Assembly (NCBI RefSeq): GCF_006345805.1
Contig: NC_043007.1
Location: 65,348,001 to 65,412,000, forward strand
Source of the DNA: Octopus sinensis
Taxonomy: Eukaryota
Direction: 5' to 3'
Length of the DNA: 64,000 nt
Part shown: in pieces, positions 1 to 12,640 of the stretch
How positions within the stretch are numbered: the first letter of the stretch is position 1
Layout of the letters: each line of letters begins with the position of its first letter
Made by a program: the position numbers and the translations under genes
Notes under the pieces: generated by a model
Databases searched by the model: none
Seen by the model: the letters and a program-made list of their open reading frames with translations, nothing else
What the model was told of the DNA's origin: nothing

Positions 1-149
1 TTCTACTTCAACTCAAAACTGCTGGCATTGTGCCAAAATTAGAAAGAGTCATTGTTGCTGTTGTTGTTATTTTGGTTTGGCACAAGTTTGGTCTTATTCC
101 TAGTAGGATTTATGTGGGTAACAGGTTACTACCTGTAGCCTTAGGTATC

Positions 150-990
150 CACAAGTTTTCAGCAGTCTTTCAAGTGCTTAGAACCTTCCCGATGACCCTT
201 GCTGTCCCTAAAAGACAAAATTTCCGCATGAGCTCTACCGGTCATTCTATTTCAATCTCATTCAGCCAATCTGTCTATATTTTTGCGCCAATTATTACAG
301 GCATCACTTTTACTATTCGCATGCTCCAAATTCTTCCTATTTCAAATTTTAAGGGATTCTATTTTTTTTGTTTTTCTTCCTCTTTTTTTTACGATCCTGG
401 AATCAACAGGCATGATGGGTCGATGAGTAAGCAACTTCACTTTTCCTTGTCTATAATCGTTATATATGGTCTATTATTTTCTAACTTTTTGTCCGTTTGA
501 ATAGGATAGTCTCATAAAATCTTAAATATTTTCAACTCTAATACTCTTTCGACTCGATGGTTGTACCATGTGTTTCCAACTTTAAATCCCCATTCCAGGC
601 ACAGTTTCCAGTGTAAAACTTTTACATACTGGTCTTGCTTCCGTTTCTTATATTCTTCCTGTGCCAACCTGGAGCATTCTGCCACAAAGTGTGCTACTGT
701 CTCGTTCTAAGTTCCACAGGCTCTACATTTTTCTGACACATTCCATATATATTTTCTCACAAGTTCAAATGTATTATTTGCAATTGATCACGCTTGATTT
801 TGGGCTGCTACAATCAGATTTTCTGCTTCTTTTTTTAATCGCACCTTTTTCCAACCAAGCCCGGGATTTTGCTCCATTATACATCTTCAGTGGCACTCAA
901 AAATTGGCCGTGCAGAGGTTTCTCTTCGATCACGTCTTCTCTTTGTATTTCATTCTTGCCCTTTTTTTCTATTACGAGTTTCATCACTTG
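150..990 (-). mobile_element. R4/Dong-like non-LTR retrotransposon, decayed C-terminal fragment (CCHC finger and restriction-like endonuclease)
   Basis: Minus-strand reading gives EEKPLHGQF, ETVAHFVAECSRLAQEEYKKR, LHWKLC and YPIQTDKKLENNRP, interrupted by stops and frameshifts. The truncated 5' end abuts (TAA)n in element sense. Confidence 0.8.
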
Positions 991-991
991 T

Positions 992-1020
992 TTATTATTA
1001 TTATTATTATTATTATTATA

Positions 1021-1066
<46 letters not shown>
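992..1066. repeat. (TTA)n microsatellite
   Basis: Direct inspection. Confidence 0.98.
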
Positions 1067-1067
<1 letters not shown>

Positions 1068-2938
1068 CATAGAGAGGGTGGGTAACGACGCTGGCGCGAG
1101 TGGGGCTTTGATCAATTTAGATCAGAGTAAAGCCTTCGATAGGGTCGACCATCGGTACCTGGCAGCTGTTCTCAAGGCAGCTGGCTTCGGTCCAGTCTTC
1201 CGCGGGTGGATCGCTGCTTTATACAGCAACATCTGCTCGGTGATACGGGGTGAACGGTTACCTTTCGGAACCGTTTGACATCTCGCGTTCGGTCCGCCAA
1301 GGATGCCCTCTCTCCTCCCTCTTGTACATATTGACTCTCGAGCCATTACTGCGCAAGTTGGAGGCTTTGAGGGGTATCCCGCGCGATCTAGGAGACGGAA
1401 ACAGCGTGTCTGCCTATGCCGACGACGTCACCGTGATGGTGTCGAGCCACAGGCACATTGACCTGATTGGCGAGACACTAAACGAGTACGAAGCGGTGAC
1501 AGGGGCAAAGATTAACGCGGAAAAGTTTGTGGGCTTGCAACTGGGCACCTGGAGAGGCAAGCCCATGCCGTCCAACAGCGTTGTAGGGCGCTGGACAGAC
1601 GGACCCGTTAAACTGCTCAGGGTCTGGTTCGGTCCGGACCTCCAGGTGGATAAAAACTGGGAAGAAGTGACGAGCAGGGTGGCACGTCTCACCCAGAAAT
1701 GGGCCGAGAGGAAGCTGTCCCTGAAAGGTCAAGCGGAGGTTGCGAATGCGTACATCGCATCCGTCGTCTATTACCGCTTGACCGTCGTCCCTTGTTCCGA
1801 CCGCTGGTTGGCCAAGCTGGTACGCCTGCTCTTCGACTTTTTGTGGTAGGGTCAGGTGCCACTGGTCAGGCGATCCATCTGCTGTCAACGACCGCTGAAC
1901 GGAGGCCTTGGCATGCCGTAGTTACTGATGCGCAGACATGCGCTCAGGCAGCGACATCTCAAGCGTTTCCAAGACGGTGAACAGGTGTGGTCATCTTTTG
2001 TCAGACGCGACTCTCCGCAGCTCGTCTCTTTGACAGAGCTGCAGACCTGGATCAAACGTAGACCGAGAAAGGGCGCTTGGCACCTCGAGTGCCGTCAAGC
2101 TCTCTCCGCCCTCCGCCAGGCGGGCAATGCGATCGGTTTTAGTTCCACTCTAGCGTTCTATAGAGGGTTAGTGGAGGAAAAATGCGACGACGTTCTCGGG
2201 GAAACTCTAGGCGTTGATGATAACGAACTGAGCGGTCTGTTCGGAAGGACTTTCGGGCCGGGGCCAATGGATAATTTCCAGAGGTCGCTCGCCTGGCAGT
2301 GCTACCGAGCACGGAAGTACCCTCAGCCGGGCCTGCCCGAGGTGTTGCCAGGACGACGAAACCGTTCTGCACGCACTCGTCCAAATCCATAGTGAAGATT
2401 GCCCCGCCGACCTCCTTTAACAAGGAGGGCGAGGCCGTTTTCCTGTGCCTAGTGGCTGTGACGAAAGAGGTTGTATGGTGGACCCGTTTGAAAGGGCTAA
2501 AGTCAGACACTTTCCACTTTGGTCAAGGCCTCATCAACTTTTTCAAGTTTCACTTGAAAAGGAAGATGAGGTTAGAGAGGAGAGTGCTGTCCGATAGCAA
2601 GCTTTCTGAAAGGTGGGTGAATTGTGCAAGAATGGCCAGTATAAATGGACCAATTCTCAGGTTTCGCCTGTGATTAAAAAAGGTTTTATAAAAGGAGAAA
2701 GGGGCTCTCTACCCCCCTTTCGACCAGGCTCCCGTTGGCTTTTATGGTTTTTTTCCACCAGGAACCTTTCGAAGCGCATCCCCTATTGGGAGTTTTTCAT
2801 TGTTAAATATTTTGTTGTTACAGTTTTTTACACGGATTTTTACAAACGGACAAAACCCTTTGTAACCTTTCGTCCTGTTTTGTCCCTTTATGTTTACTAA
2901 TCATGTGTGTCAGCCCTTGTGGCCAATAAAAAGAGTAA
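1066..2938 (+). mobile_element. 5'-truncated Tx1/L1-clade LINE (family A): RT domain, degenerate C-terminus, 3' UTR
   Basis: LDQSKAFDRVDH, VRQGCPLS and AYADD motifs; collinear with the 19.7-23.6 kb element; premature stop at 1847-1849 and internal deletions near 2310 and 2385; AATAAA at 2925 followed by (TTA)n. Confidence 0.95.

Positions 2939-2939
<1 letters not shown>

Positions 2940-3000
<61 letters not shown>
2940..3000. repeat. (TTA)n microsatellite at the 3' end of Tx1 family A
   Basis: Direct inspection. Confidence 0.98.
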
Positions 3001-3001
<1 letters not shown>

Positions 3002-3620
3002 GGCAGAATCGTTAGCACACCGGGAGATATGCTTAGTGGTATTTCGCCCGTCGCTACGTTCTGAGTTCAAATTCCGCCGACGTCGACTTTGCCTCTCATC
3101 CTTTCGAGATCGATAAATTAAGTACTAGTGAAACACTGGGGTTGATGTAATCGACTTAGCCCCTCCTCACAAATTTCAGGCCTTGTGCCTATAATAGAAG
3201 GCATTATTATTATTATTATTGTTATTATTATTATAAAGGCGGCGAGCTGGTAGAATCGTTAGCACGCCGGGCAACATAATAAGCTGCGTTTCATCTGTCT
3301 GTACGTTCTGAGTTCAAATTCCGCTGAGGTCGACTTTGCCTTTCATCCTTTCGGGGTCGATAAATTAAGTACCAGTGAAATACTAGGGTCGATGTAATCG
3401 ACTTAACTCCTCCCCTAAAATTTCAGGCCTTGTGGCTATAGTAGAACGGGTTATTATGCATGCGGCATTTTCTTCCAGTTTTTTACACGTTCGGAGTTCA
3501 AATCCCATCTTGGTCATCTTTGCTTTTCATCCTTTCGAGGGACGAAGAGATAAAGTACCAGTTAAGTAACGGTGTCGAAGGTATACATTAATCCCTTCCC
3601 CTCAAAATCGTTGGCCTTAT
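3001..3620 (+). mobile_element. Three head-to-tail tRNA-derived SINE copies (main SINE family)
   Basis: A-box-like TGGCAGAATCG, B-box-like GAGTTCAAATTCC, conserved body GTCGACTTTGCCTTTCATCCTTTCGGGGTCGATAAA and (ATT)n tails. The body resembles Meta/Sauria-type SINE cores (from memory, not checked). Confidence 0.9.
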
Positions 3621-4819
3621 TCCTGAATAAAATCAGAAAAGATTCCGTAATTGTATTCTGTAACGAATGCAGAAACAAAAGTTTTAAGCGTGGTAGTTTT
3701 ATGGCCGAAATCCCAACAGCTACACACGTGACGTGAAAGTAAAGGTCCTTTAAGTATTATCTCCCAATAGAAGCTGACCAAGCTAAAATGAAAATACAAT
3801 GGAAACTGCACTAGCAGGCCACGAGGGGTTGCTGTTGCCGGCGAACCACCAGGGGCATCACCGGAAACGTCGGAAGTATTCAACTTGTTCTCTATTTGAA
3901 AACTGATCTTGTTGTCACGTAACTTCCTTGTCCAGGCAATAAACCAGCAGTACCCCTTCATCGTATAGCGAAAATGGGGAGGAGATGGAAATCAAGCAGT
4001 TGAGACCGACTGCTGGAGACAGCGAAAGATGCATGAAACGAAAAAAATCGCCCTCTTTTCAAATTATAAATATGCTTCAAAAGAAGGCAAGGGAATATTT
4101 TGAAGAGGAGCGCATTTCACTCATCCCGGTCCTATATGAAATTCACATTTCTTTGTACAACAGTAATGTCAAAATTTAAAAAAAAGAAAAATAACGAAGA
4201 ACTGATAGAGTTACTGGACAAAATAAAGGAAAATGTAGAATGTTATCATTTGACAAGGAAATGGGCTCCATTTTCTGCAATATTGAAACGATAGACTGTT
4301 CATAAAAACGGCATTAGTTTAATTTATGATCAGCTAGTGGACGTGGGAGATGGCTCGTTCAATGTGACCCTTTACATGCTCATGGATATTTGTAATGTAC
4401 CAGTTTCAAGGTTACAGTGATGTTGAGTGAACTGGCTCTATTAGCTGTGGTTTATCACCTGTGGTGGGGCTACCCAATTTGTGATTAGTACATTTCAATT
4501 ATGTTTTATTGCATGTGTATTTGCAGATATTTAGGTGTCGTTCTGCATGTATGGTTGAATGTATGCATGCATTTATACATGAATGTATGGAGAGATGAAT
4601 AAATGGAGGGAGGGAGGAAGGTAATAGCGATAAAAATCCCTTACAGCATCTAGTTTCGACCTAGTATCGTTAACACAAAATACCAGTCATGTATTGGAGA
4701 CTGATCGATTAGGACTAGACTCACCCTATTTCTCTATACAAATGTTTGGACATGTGCCAAACTTGGTTATTGTTTAGCTTGTTTATTTCTTGGTTTGTTT
4801 GATTTGCTGTACATAAATA

Positions 4820-4893
<74 letters not shown>

Positions 4894-5024
4894 ATGTGTG
4901 TGTGTATGTATGTATGTATGTATCTATTTGTGCGTGTGTGTGTGAGTGTGTTTCTCTACGTGTGTTTATTTCTATGTATTTTTGGTCTTGCTTCTGTTGT
5001 TTTTCTAGAATTTTCTGCCACAAT

Positions 5025-5067
<43 letters not shown>

Positions 5068-5325
5068 GCACAATTTTGAAATCAGGAATCAATAAAACTG
5101 AACCTTTGCTATTTGCAAACAGCATCAAAATAAATGGGTAACGTATGAGAACTTCGTTGTGCAAGTAGACTAAGTCCCACTGCGTGAATCTATAATTATG
5201 CTGTGATCTGGACTTAGTCCAGAGTTATTTTACCATATGTATGTGTGTGTGTCTCTCTCTCTCTCTCTCTATATATACATACATAGATATATGCACACAC
5301 ACACATATATATATGTATGTCTGAA

Positions 5326-5373
<48 letters not shown>

Positions 5374-5653
5374 ATAAACACATACATATGAATGTATGTA
5401 TGAATGTATGTATGAATGTATTTATATATATATATATATATATATATAATTATATTTACGTATATGTGCATACACTTGTGTTTGTATGCATATGTATACA
5501 TATGTTTGTATGTATATATACATACCAGTGAGAAATATATGTTTGCGCCTGCATCTGTCTATTTTATTTTATTTGTAACAGTGTGAATGTTCTTTCTTCA
5601 GTAATAATTTCTTCACCTTTCATAACCTAGAAACAAACTTTCTTCGTTGGGAG

Positions 5654-5768
5654 TCATACATCATAGTCATTAAATGACCATGTACGTGTGCTCTCTTCTA
5701 GTTTTAATTTTGTGAAGTCTTCCTTCAAGGAAGGAGCTGGTTTCTGCATAAGACATGAATCTCCATCA
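5654..5768 (-). CDS. Candidate terminal coding exon of an unidentified host gene (DGDSCLMQKPAPSLKEDFTKLKLEESTRTWSFNDYDV*)
   Basis: Acceptor ttttgttatctacgtttcag, open frame to TGA, and AATAAA on the minus strand at 5563-5568. Confidence 0.5.
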
Positions 5769-5829
5769 CTGAAACGTAGATAACAAAAGCAATGTCATAT
5801 GTTGAACTTGAGAAAAGTTTTGTACTTAC

Positions 5830-5905
5830 AAATTGTATTTATAGCTGGTTGATTGCTTTTTTTTCTGAAAACCCTGGGTTTTCCAGATTGTCACGTAGGC
5901 ATTTA
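5830..5905 (-). CDS. Candidate internal exon (NAYVTIWKTQGFQKKKQSTSYKYN); alternative acceptor at 5864
   Basis: GTAAGT donor and a 61-nt GT-AG intron (5769-5829) join it in phase to the 5768 exon. The acceptor is uncertain (tttag at 5906 or ttttcag at 5865). Confidence 0.45.
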
Positions 5906-5949
5906 CTAAATACACTCGTGAATAATGTGAATTTATAATCAGGTTAGAT

Positions 5950-7530
5950 AAGTTGGATATTTTAAAGTAATTGCACCGAATTTTCGATGAGATAATCACA
6001 TCAGTAGGATAGTGAGCCTTTATAGCGGTACATACAACTTATTGTCTCTCCCAAACAATTATATCCAGCCTGTTTGGTAGAAGCTTTAATGGGAATGTTT
6101 CACCAATATTCCTTGTGTTGATCTGTATGTATGTATTCAATAACTGGCGGATTCGCTCTTTATCTCAGCACGTTCATTTTATTTCTTATGGTATTGTATA
6201 TTATTTTGGCGACAATGTCATGTCGCATTGGGAGGCAGTAACTTGATGATATTTTTCTGCAGCTGCTTGATCAAATTTTATGTCTTCCACAGAAATGTGA
6301 CATTATCGACATTTTTTCAGTTGCATCTTGGGATTTCAAGGGCTTCACTATTTCTTTTCTTTATTTGATATTTTGTAGTGGACTCCTGCTCTCAGATTGC
6401 AAACGCATAGCCTTCGAAGTACAGTGTAAGGCGGCAATCGCGAGTCCAAGGATGGTTTCATGTCATGGCGATATTAGTGTCATTTTCAGGTGTTCGGGAA
6501 AATATCCAGGCGTAGTTACTGCACGCTCAGCGTTCCATACCCAGCTTCTCTTTGCGTGTTACTTCTGTTGCTTAGGGGTTCTAAGGGACGTCGTCGCTTT
6601 TCGGCACTAGTTTTACATACTTCTTTTCTACTGTTGTTTAGCAGAAGCTTTCTGAGTAATACCATACAACACTTGAAGCTTATTAGAACTGATCTCAAGT
6701 CTCTACCTCCTTCTTCTTTTCTTACGCAAACCCTGTCGATATCACTATTCCTGTGGAAGTTTCCAGCTGATGTTAGGATCTTGCGAGGTTTAATATCTAA
6801 GGAGCAGATTTCCTGAATTAAATATGTCAAATGTTGGATGCAAATGCATTGTGATATATTTGTCTTATTGTACGAGGTGAGTTCCAACTACCGTGTTTTT
6901 TTCTTTAAGCCTGACATCAATATTCTCGTTTCTCTCTACTTTTTCTCACAGTACCTTCGTTTGATATATTTTCATCGATGCCAGATATTTGCAACATTCT
7001 TTGTATGGAATAGGAAAGATAAAGAGATCATTGAAGCTCAGGTTTGGGGTTTGAGAGACTGATTTTTCCATGTTCATAAAGGAAATACTAACACTTCTTT
7101 TAGTAAATTCCATTCTCATATCAGTTCAAAATGTTATTTACGCCAGTTGTTTTGTTTTTGTGATATTTTTCTTTTTGTATTGTAATCACTTTTAGAGTAG
7201 GTCTTCAGGTCATCCACAAAGAAATTTTGGGTTACATCGATATCTTTAACAGTTGCGCACCCTAGTGTGTAGCCAATAGATTTTTTATAAAAGTAATGGT
7301 AACGGATTTAAAGCCAAAGAACAGAATATTCCCTTTGAAATATAACAACAGAGACAATCGTTCCGCTCTCAGATGTGAGGGGATTGTTGCCTAGATAATT
7401 GTGGGCATTTCAACAGCAGCAACTAATGTAGCAGCTATTTTCGGTAAGAGCAGAAAGTTCAGCAATCATCAGTGGGAAATAGAGTCGAATATTTTCCTGT
7501 AATCGAAGTTTCTGCCGTGTTTTCTTACTT
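5950..7530 (-). mobile_element. Decayed R4/Dong-like LINE (RT, thumb, CCHC and endonuclease remnants)
   Basis: Minus ORF 6516-6887 contains RKILTSAGNFHRNSDIDRVCVRKEEGGRDL, matching the D..RLY..R..GGRGL motif. Flanking frames are degenerate. Confidence 0.8.
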
Positions 7531-7729
7531 ATGACAGCACAGCTTTATTACATTTGTATATATGTATGTATGCATGTATGTATGTATGTATGTATGTATG
7601 TATGTATGTATGTATGTATGTATGTATGTATGTATGCATGCATGTATGTATGTATGTATGTATGTATGCATGTATGCATGTATGTATGTATTATGTATGT
7701 ATTTACGTACATATGCGCATCTTTATATG

Positions 7730-7790
<61 letters not shown>

Positions 7791-7918
7791 GTATGTATAT
7801 ATATATACGTACATACTTATATTCTAATACGAGATGGATTGAACAGGGTTTATTACAAATCACTAGCATTATTTCAACGCATCAATAATAGCTGTTAATT
7901 GTTGAATGTTACATGCAT

Positions 7919-7926
7919 ACATAGAT

Positions 7927-7965
<39 letters not shown>
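7919..7965. repeat. (GATA)n microsatellite
   Basis: Direct inspection. Confidence 0.97.
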
Positions 7966-7966
<1 letters not shown>

Positions 7967-8707
7967 GTTTCTTTATTGGCCACACAGGGCTGCACACAGA
8001 TGGGACAAGTTACAAGGTAGAGCTTTTCTTTTGGGGGATGAAGAGAACAAAAAACAAAAGAAAAAAAAAGGGGGTGGCATAGGTTTTCGATCAAGAGGGA
8101 TCGTAAAAGGGAAGAAAAGAACAAAAACAAACAAAAAAAATGAATAGAATAAAAAGAAAAAAAAGAAAAGGAAAAGGAACAAAAGGAATGAGAAATGGAA
8201 AAAGAAGAAAAAAGGGGAAAAAAGGGGAAGAGGAAAAAAAAGAACGATCAATAGGGATCGTGTATCACAGTGTTATGATATATGGTGTAAAGGGGAAAGC
8301 AAGTAAGGTTTATCCGTGGGAAGAAAAGCCTACAAAAAAGACCACGGTAACCTTGGTCAATATTGTTATATGTTACCACATTTGTTTGCAAGTGGGTAAC
8401 CCTCTGTTTTCAATTTCTGGATTCATAGGATTATGCTCAAGGTAGCTTCGTCATTCATACGTGCCATCCTTGCTACATTCACCCATTTTTTTTTAAAACA
8501 TTCGCTAGACAAAACTTGCCTCTCTACTCTCACTTTCCTTTTCAAGTGGTACTTGAAGAAGTTGATGAGAGATTGACCAGAGAGGAAAGTGTTTGTCTCC
8601 AATCCTTTCAGACGCGTCCACCAGATACATTCTTTCGCCATAGCCACAAGGATGATGAAAATAGCTCTTCCTTCCCGTTTGAAGGAAGGAGGCGTGACAA
8701 TATTGAC

Positions 8708-8714
<7 letters not shown>
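7967..8714 (-). mobile_element. 5'-truncated 3' fragment of Tx1 family B
   Basis: Encodes MAKECIWWTRLKGLETNTFLSGQSLINFFKYHLKRK, identical to ORF 22926-23150; T-rich 3' UTR; ends AATAAAGAAAC then (TATC)n. Confidence 0.97.

Positions 8715-8766
<52 letters not shown>
8709..8766. repeat. (GATA)n microsatellite
   Basis: Direct inspection. Confidence 0.97.
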
Positions 8767-8768
<2 letters not shown>

Positions 8769-9366
8769 GTTAAAGACATAATGAATTCACAAACAAACGG
8801 GAAACAGGCACAGAAGATCGCCAACTCCTCAACAGTTATCGGCCAGAAGGTCAAAGGCAATTTCGTGCCTTAACGATAATATCGAATCCCCGTCTGGTGA
8901 CGCTAACGGCAAAAACGCCGCCGGGAATTGGCAAGCCAAGAAACAAGATAGAAAAGGAACAACTAGACAAGGAATAAACAACTATGCAATACAGAATGTT
9001 AACATACATGTGTGGAATAACTATAATTCAAGACGAGACGGACGAGGGAGAGAAGCGGAAACAAACAGGACACCTGTGAGCATACGAACTAAAATAAATA
9101 AACAAGCAGACGGGAGAGCAAAATAGTCAACGCTGGAAGAATATCCTAAAGAATTAACAGAAAGACAACGACATGTGAATAAAGTGCGAGACGAGAGAAA
9201 ATGGGACACGCGTGCCCGAGAAGTTGGCATGAAAAAGAAGATAAGACGATGACTACATGTCACATATAGATAAATAGATATAGACAGACAGTCAAATAGA
9301 TAGGTAGGTTGGTAGGTAGGTAGGTAGGTAGGTAGATAGATAGATAGATAGATAGATATATAGATT

Positions 9367-9425
<59 letters not shown>

Positions 9426-10151
9426 GATAGATAGATAGATAGATAGAGATAAAATATGTATATATATATGAGTGTATATATTTGTGCGTGCGAGTGTTTA
9501 TGTAGATTCATGTATGTATATTCATATTTTCAACACTAACGTTTCACTGACTCCATTGATTATAACATCCAAGTGTATCTTCTACTTTTTTTTTATCTCT
9601 GTTGTGCAAGAGATATAAGTATTCTGTTCCTACATTTCAAGAACATAACACTCAAATCGAGAGTTAATGCACCGCAGCCTGGTTCAGGATTTACTGCTTT
9701 CCTTATCTGTATTTTATCATCCTGGGGCTTTATTGTGAATATAACTATGCATAACTTTCTGGCTTTTGTTTCCAGTATTCCTATATAGGTTTTTATGTTT
9801 TGCTAATACGCTTGGTGATTCGTAAGATATTCGAATATTGGTTCAACAAATATTAATTTTTTCAGCCTCTTTGTTTTAGATGAAAAAGCAGTCAATATCA
9901 ATATTGATGCGAAAGTTTGTGATAGAAGAGAGTAATTTCCTGAATTTTTATATCAATGACTTGGATCTCATCTAGTGTCCAACTGTAGGCAAAATTTTCG
10001 GAAACATGGTGAGCTGTCAAATCGCCGGCCAAATTTCGAAAATATTGTGTAGTATTGATCTGTGTTCTATCATAAGCCAAATTTGAAATATACTGTGGAC
10101 TACAGATTCGAACCCAAACTATGTAGAGTCAATTTTTATGATACAGTAGGC

Positions 10152-10405
10152 CAGTGGATCTCAACGGGACTCCAGTATGGTCCTTGGGGTCCCATCTAAG
10201 ATTTTGTTGTTAAAATTCATGTACTATTATTTGCTTATACTTCTACAATGCACAAAATATATATTTTTTAATACAGTTTCTACTAATATTTGATTATAAA
10301 ATGCGGTCGGATTTCTTTTACATACATCGAATGTTAATGGAGGTCTAGTTCAATAAAATAAGAACCAAAGGAATCCATAAGCAAAAGATGGTTGAGAAAC
10401 CACTG
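10152..10405. mobile_element. hAT-type MITE
   Basis: TIRs CAGTGGATCTCAAC and GTTGAGAAACCACTG; degenerate 8-bp TSD CAGTAGGC / CTGTTGGC (6 of 8 match). Confidence 0.75.
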
Positions 10406-11176
10406 CTGTTGGCAACTGATTTATTTATTATACGCAGTAAACGCCGAGTTAAACATTCCCTGTTCTTAATTGCAAAACATATTCTTCTCCATTCGTTGTC
10501 GGACATTGGAAAAATAGTTAATCCGTTGGTGAAAATAAAGTTTGTACTTATAGGACAAACTGTATTAGTATTTTTTGAAAATGTAAGTGTATATTGTGCA
10601 TACAGTTACATTTTCGAATGTAACTGCACAATGTGTATACAAACGAGCAACTTCACCGTCTGTAATATTTAGTTTCAGAGAAACTTCGCAAAGAGATTTG
10701 TGTGAGTTAAAAAAATTACAGGGCTTCTCTCAGAACGCCGGTAGAATGCCAGGTACTGTGTTCCGCCCTGCTTTGATCTCCTTAGGGACGAATAATCTGG
10801 ATGCTCTTGCTAAACAGAAAATGGTTGTTCCGGTTTAGAAACCAGTAAAAGAACCATTTACTGGTCCGTGCGAAAGCTAATATATGCACTTAAAATATGT
10901 TATACCAGTGTGTATGATATTTATAATGTGTATACAAACGTGGAACAGTACTAGCGATAATGTTTTGTCTCAGAGAAACTTCACAAAGGGACATGACAGT
11001 GTCAAACCTGTTTTAATATTGGTTATATTTCTAGCATACAACGTGAAGTCACCAACAAAGTATTTGTGTGTCTTCACTTGGGTCGACCAAATGTCTCTAC
11101 AAGAATGATAAAGGTTTGTTATCAGAATAAACAGCATTGCAGAATTAGTTTTCAAGAAATATAGCCTCTTGATACA

Positions 11177-11214
<38 letters not shown>

Positions 11215-12290
11215 TTGTGTGCATCTGGGATCTAGTTTTTTTCATTCGCAAAATATGCATCTTTTAAAAGGAAGTAAAAAATCTGAAAATCGGTTAAATA
11301 ATGTAGCTTTCCAACCTCATTGCTATGAAGGTGTGATGTTGTGGAGAAAAGAATTGGAGAAAAAAGTTACAGAGGTTTAAAAATCTGTGTATTTTTAGCC
11401 AATAGCGAGAGAGAAATTTTCTGTTTTTAGCGGAGCGGTGTCAACTTTAAGGTAGTACCCTGTGAAATTTATAGTTTAGCGTCTGACCTGTTCATTGTAG
11501 GCTTCTAAATAAACAGAAATGCCTAATAAAATTAACATGTATCATCTTACTGTTTCTTTTGTCTCTTTATTGATTGTATTTTATATTTTTTAAATTTGTT
11601 ATATTAATGTATTTGTATGATTATGCTTATTTCATGCGTATTTCAGTATTATGTATACCTGTCATATATTCGTGTACATCAGTAATATATAAGCGCATGT
11701 GTGTGTGTGTATGTGTGTGTGTGTATGTGTGTGTGTGTATGTGTGTGAAAAGTGGGTGTCTGTCTCCAAAACTCCAAAGGTGAGTAACATTTTTATGCTT
11801 GGATTTGTAAACTACGATAATAATAACACTGGTCAACAAAGAATTTGTCCCAAGGAAAAGAATTCCTGTATCTTACATGTTTTTTTTTTTTTTCATGTAG
11901 AATTAACAAATAATGTCAAATTATCTGTATCACCCACAGTTTCTCTGTTTCACGCGATATCCCTCTCAGTTCCTGTTAAGTGGGCTAAATTTCAGTCAAG
12001 CCATTGAAATATGAAGCTAACAATTTAAGAAATACTTCTAATTAAAATTTTTATGAATTGAATTATCTTAGTAAACACATAAATCCAGTTATCTGAGTCA
12101 ATGAGTCCCAAAAATATTTGAATTGAAAAATATGTAAAAATACTAACAGAAAAATATGTAATATACTAACACACAAAAATTAAAACAAAATACGCGCGTG
12201 AAAAGAATGTCGTGTTGTGAAGAATCAAGCGTGAAAAATCAACATAGACAACAGCGGCACAGACAACAATGAACCACAACACAGAGTGCG

Positions 12291-12304
12291 GTTGTCATGG
12301 TAAC
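12291..12304. promoter_or_regulatory. RFX X-box-like motif with adjacent CCAAT boxes
   Basis: GTTGTCATGGTAAC fits GTHNYY-AT-RRNAAC; CCAAT at 12311 and ATTGG at 12332. Motif match only. Confidence 0.3.
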
Positions 12305-12580
12305 ATGCTGCCAATGTCACGCTGTCTGTTGATTGGTTAAAATTACCCAAATGTCCCAACGTTAATTCCAAATAATATCAGATTCTTTAATTTACGAGAT
12401 AAAGTAATTGGATAATCGTAATCAAAATTCAGAGTTACATCGATACTCCTAAACTGAAAGCAATCTGAGCAAAATTAAACGGGGTGGGGCTCATTTTGCG
12501 AATGAGCAAGACTAGATCCTGCGTCTGTGTGTGTTTCTTAATATGCCACGTACTGTTAAACCAACAATTATATTGTGTGT

Positions 12581-12640
<60 letters not shown>

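Noticed and set aside
5654-5690. WSFND resembles the KCNQ channel SWSFND motif
   Set aside because: It is a five-residue match only, and the surrounding peptide shows no channel similarity.
10603-10626. Perfect 10-bp hairpin with TTCG loop
   Set aside because: It is isolated and AT-rich, with no family context or second copy.
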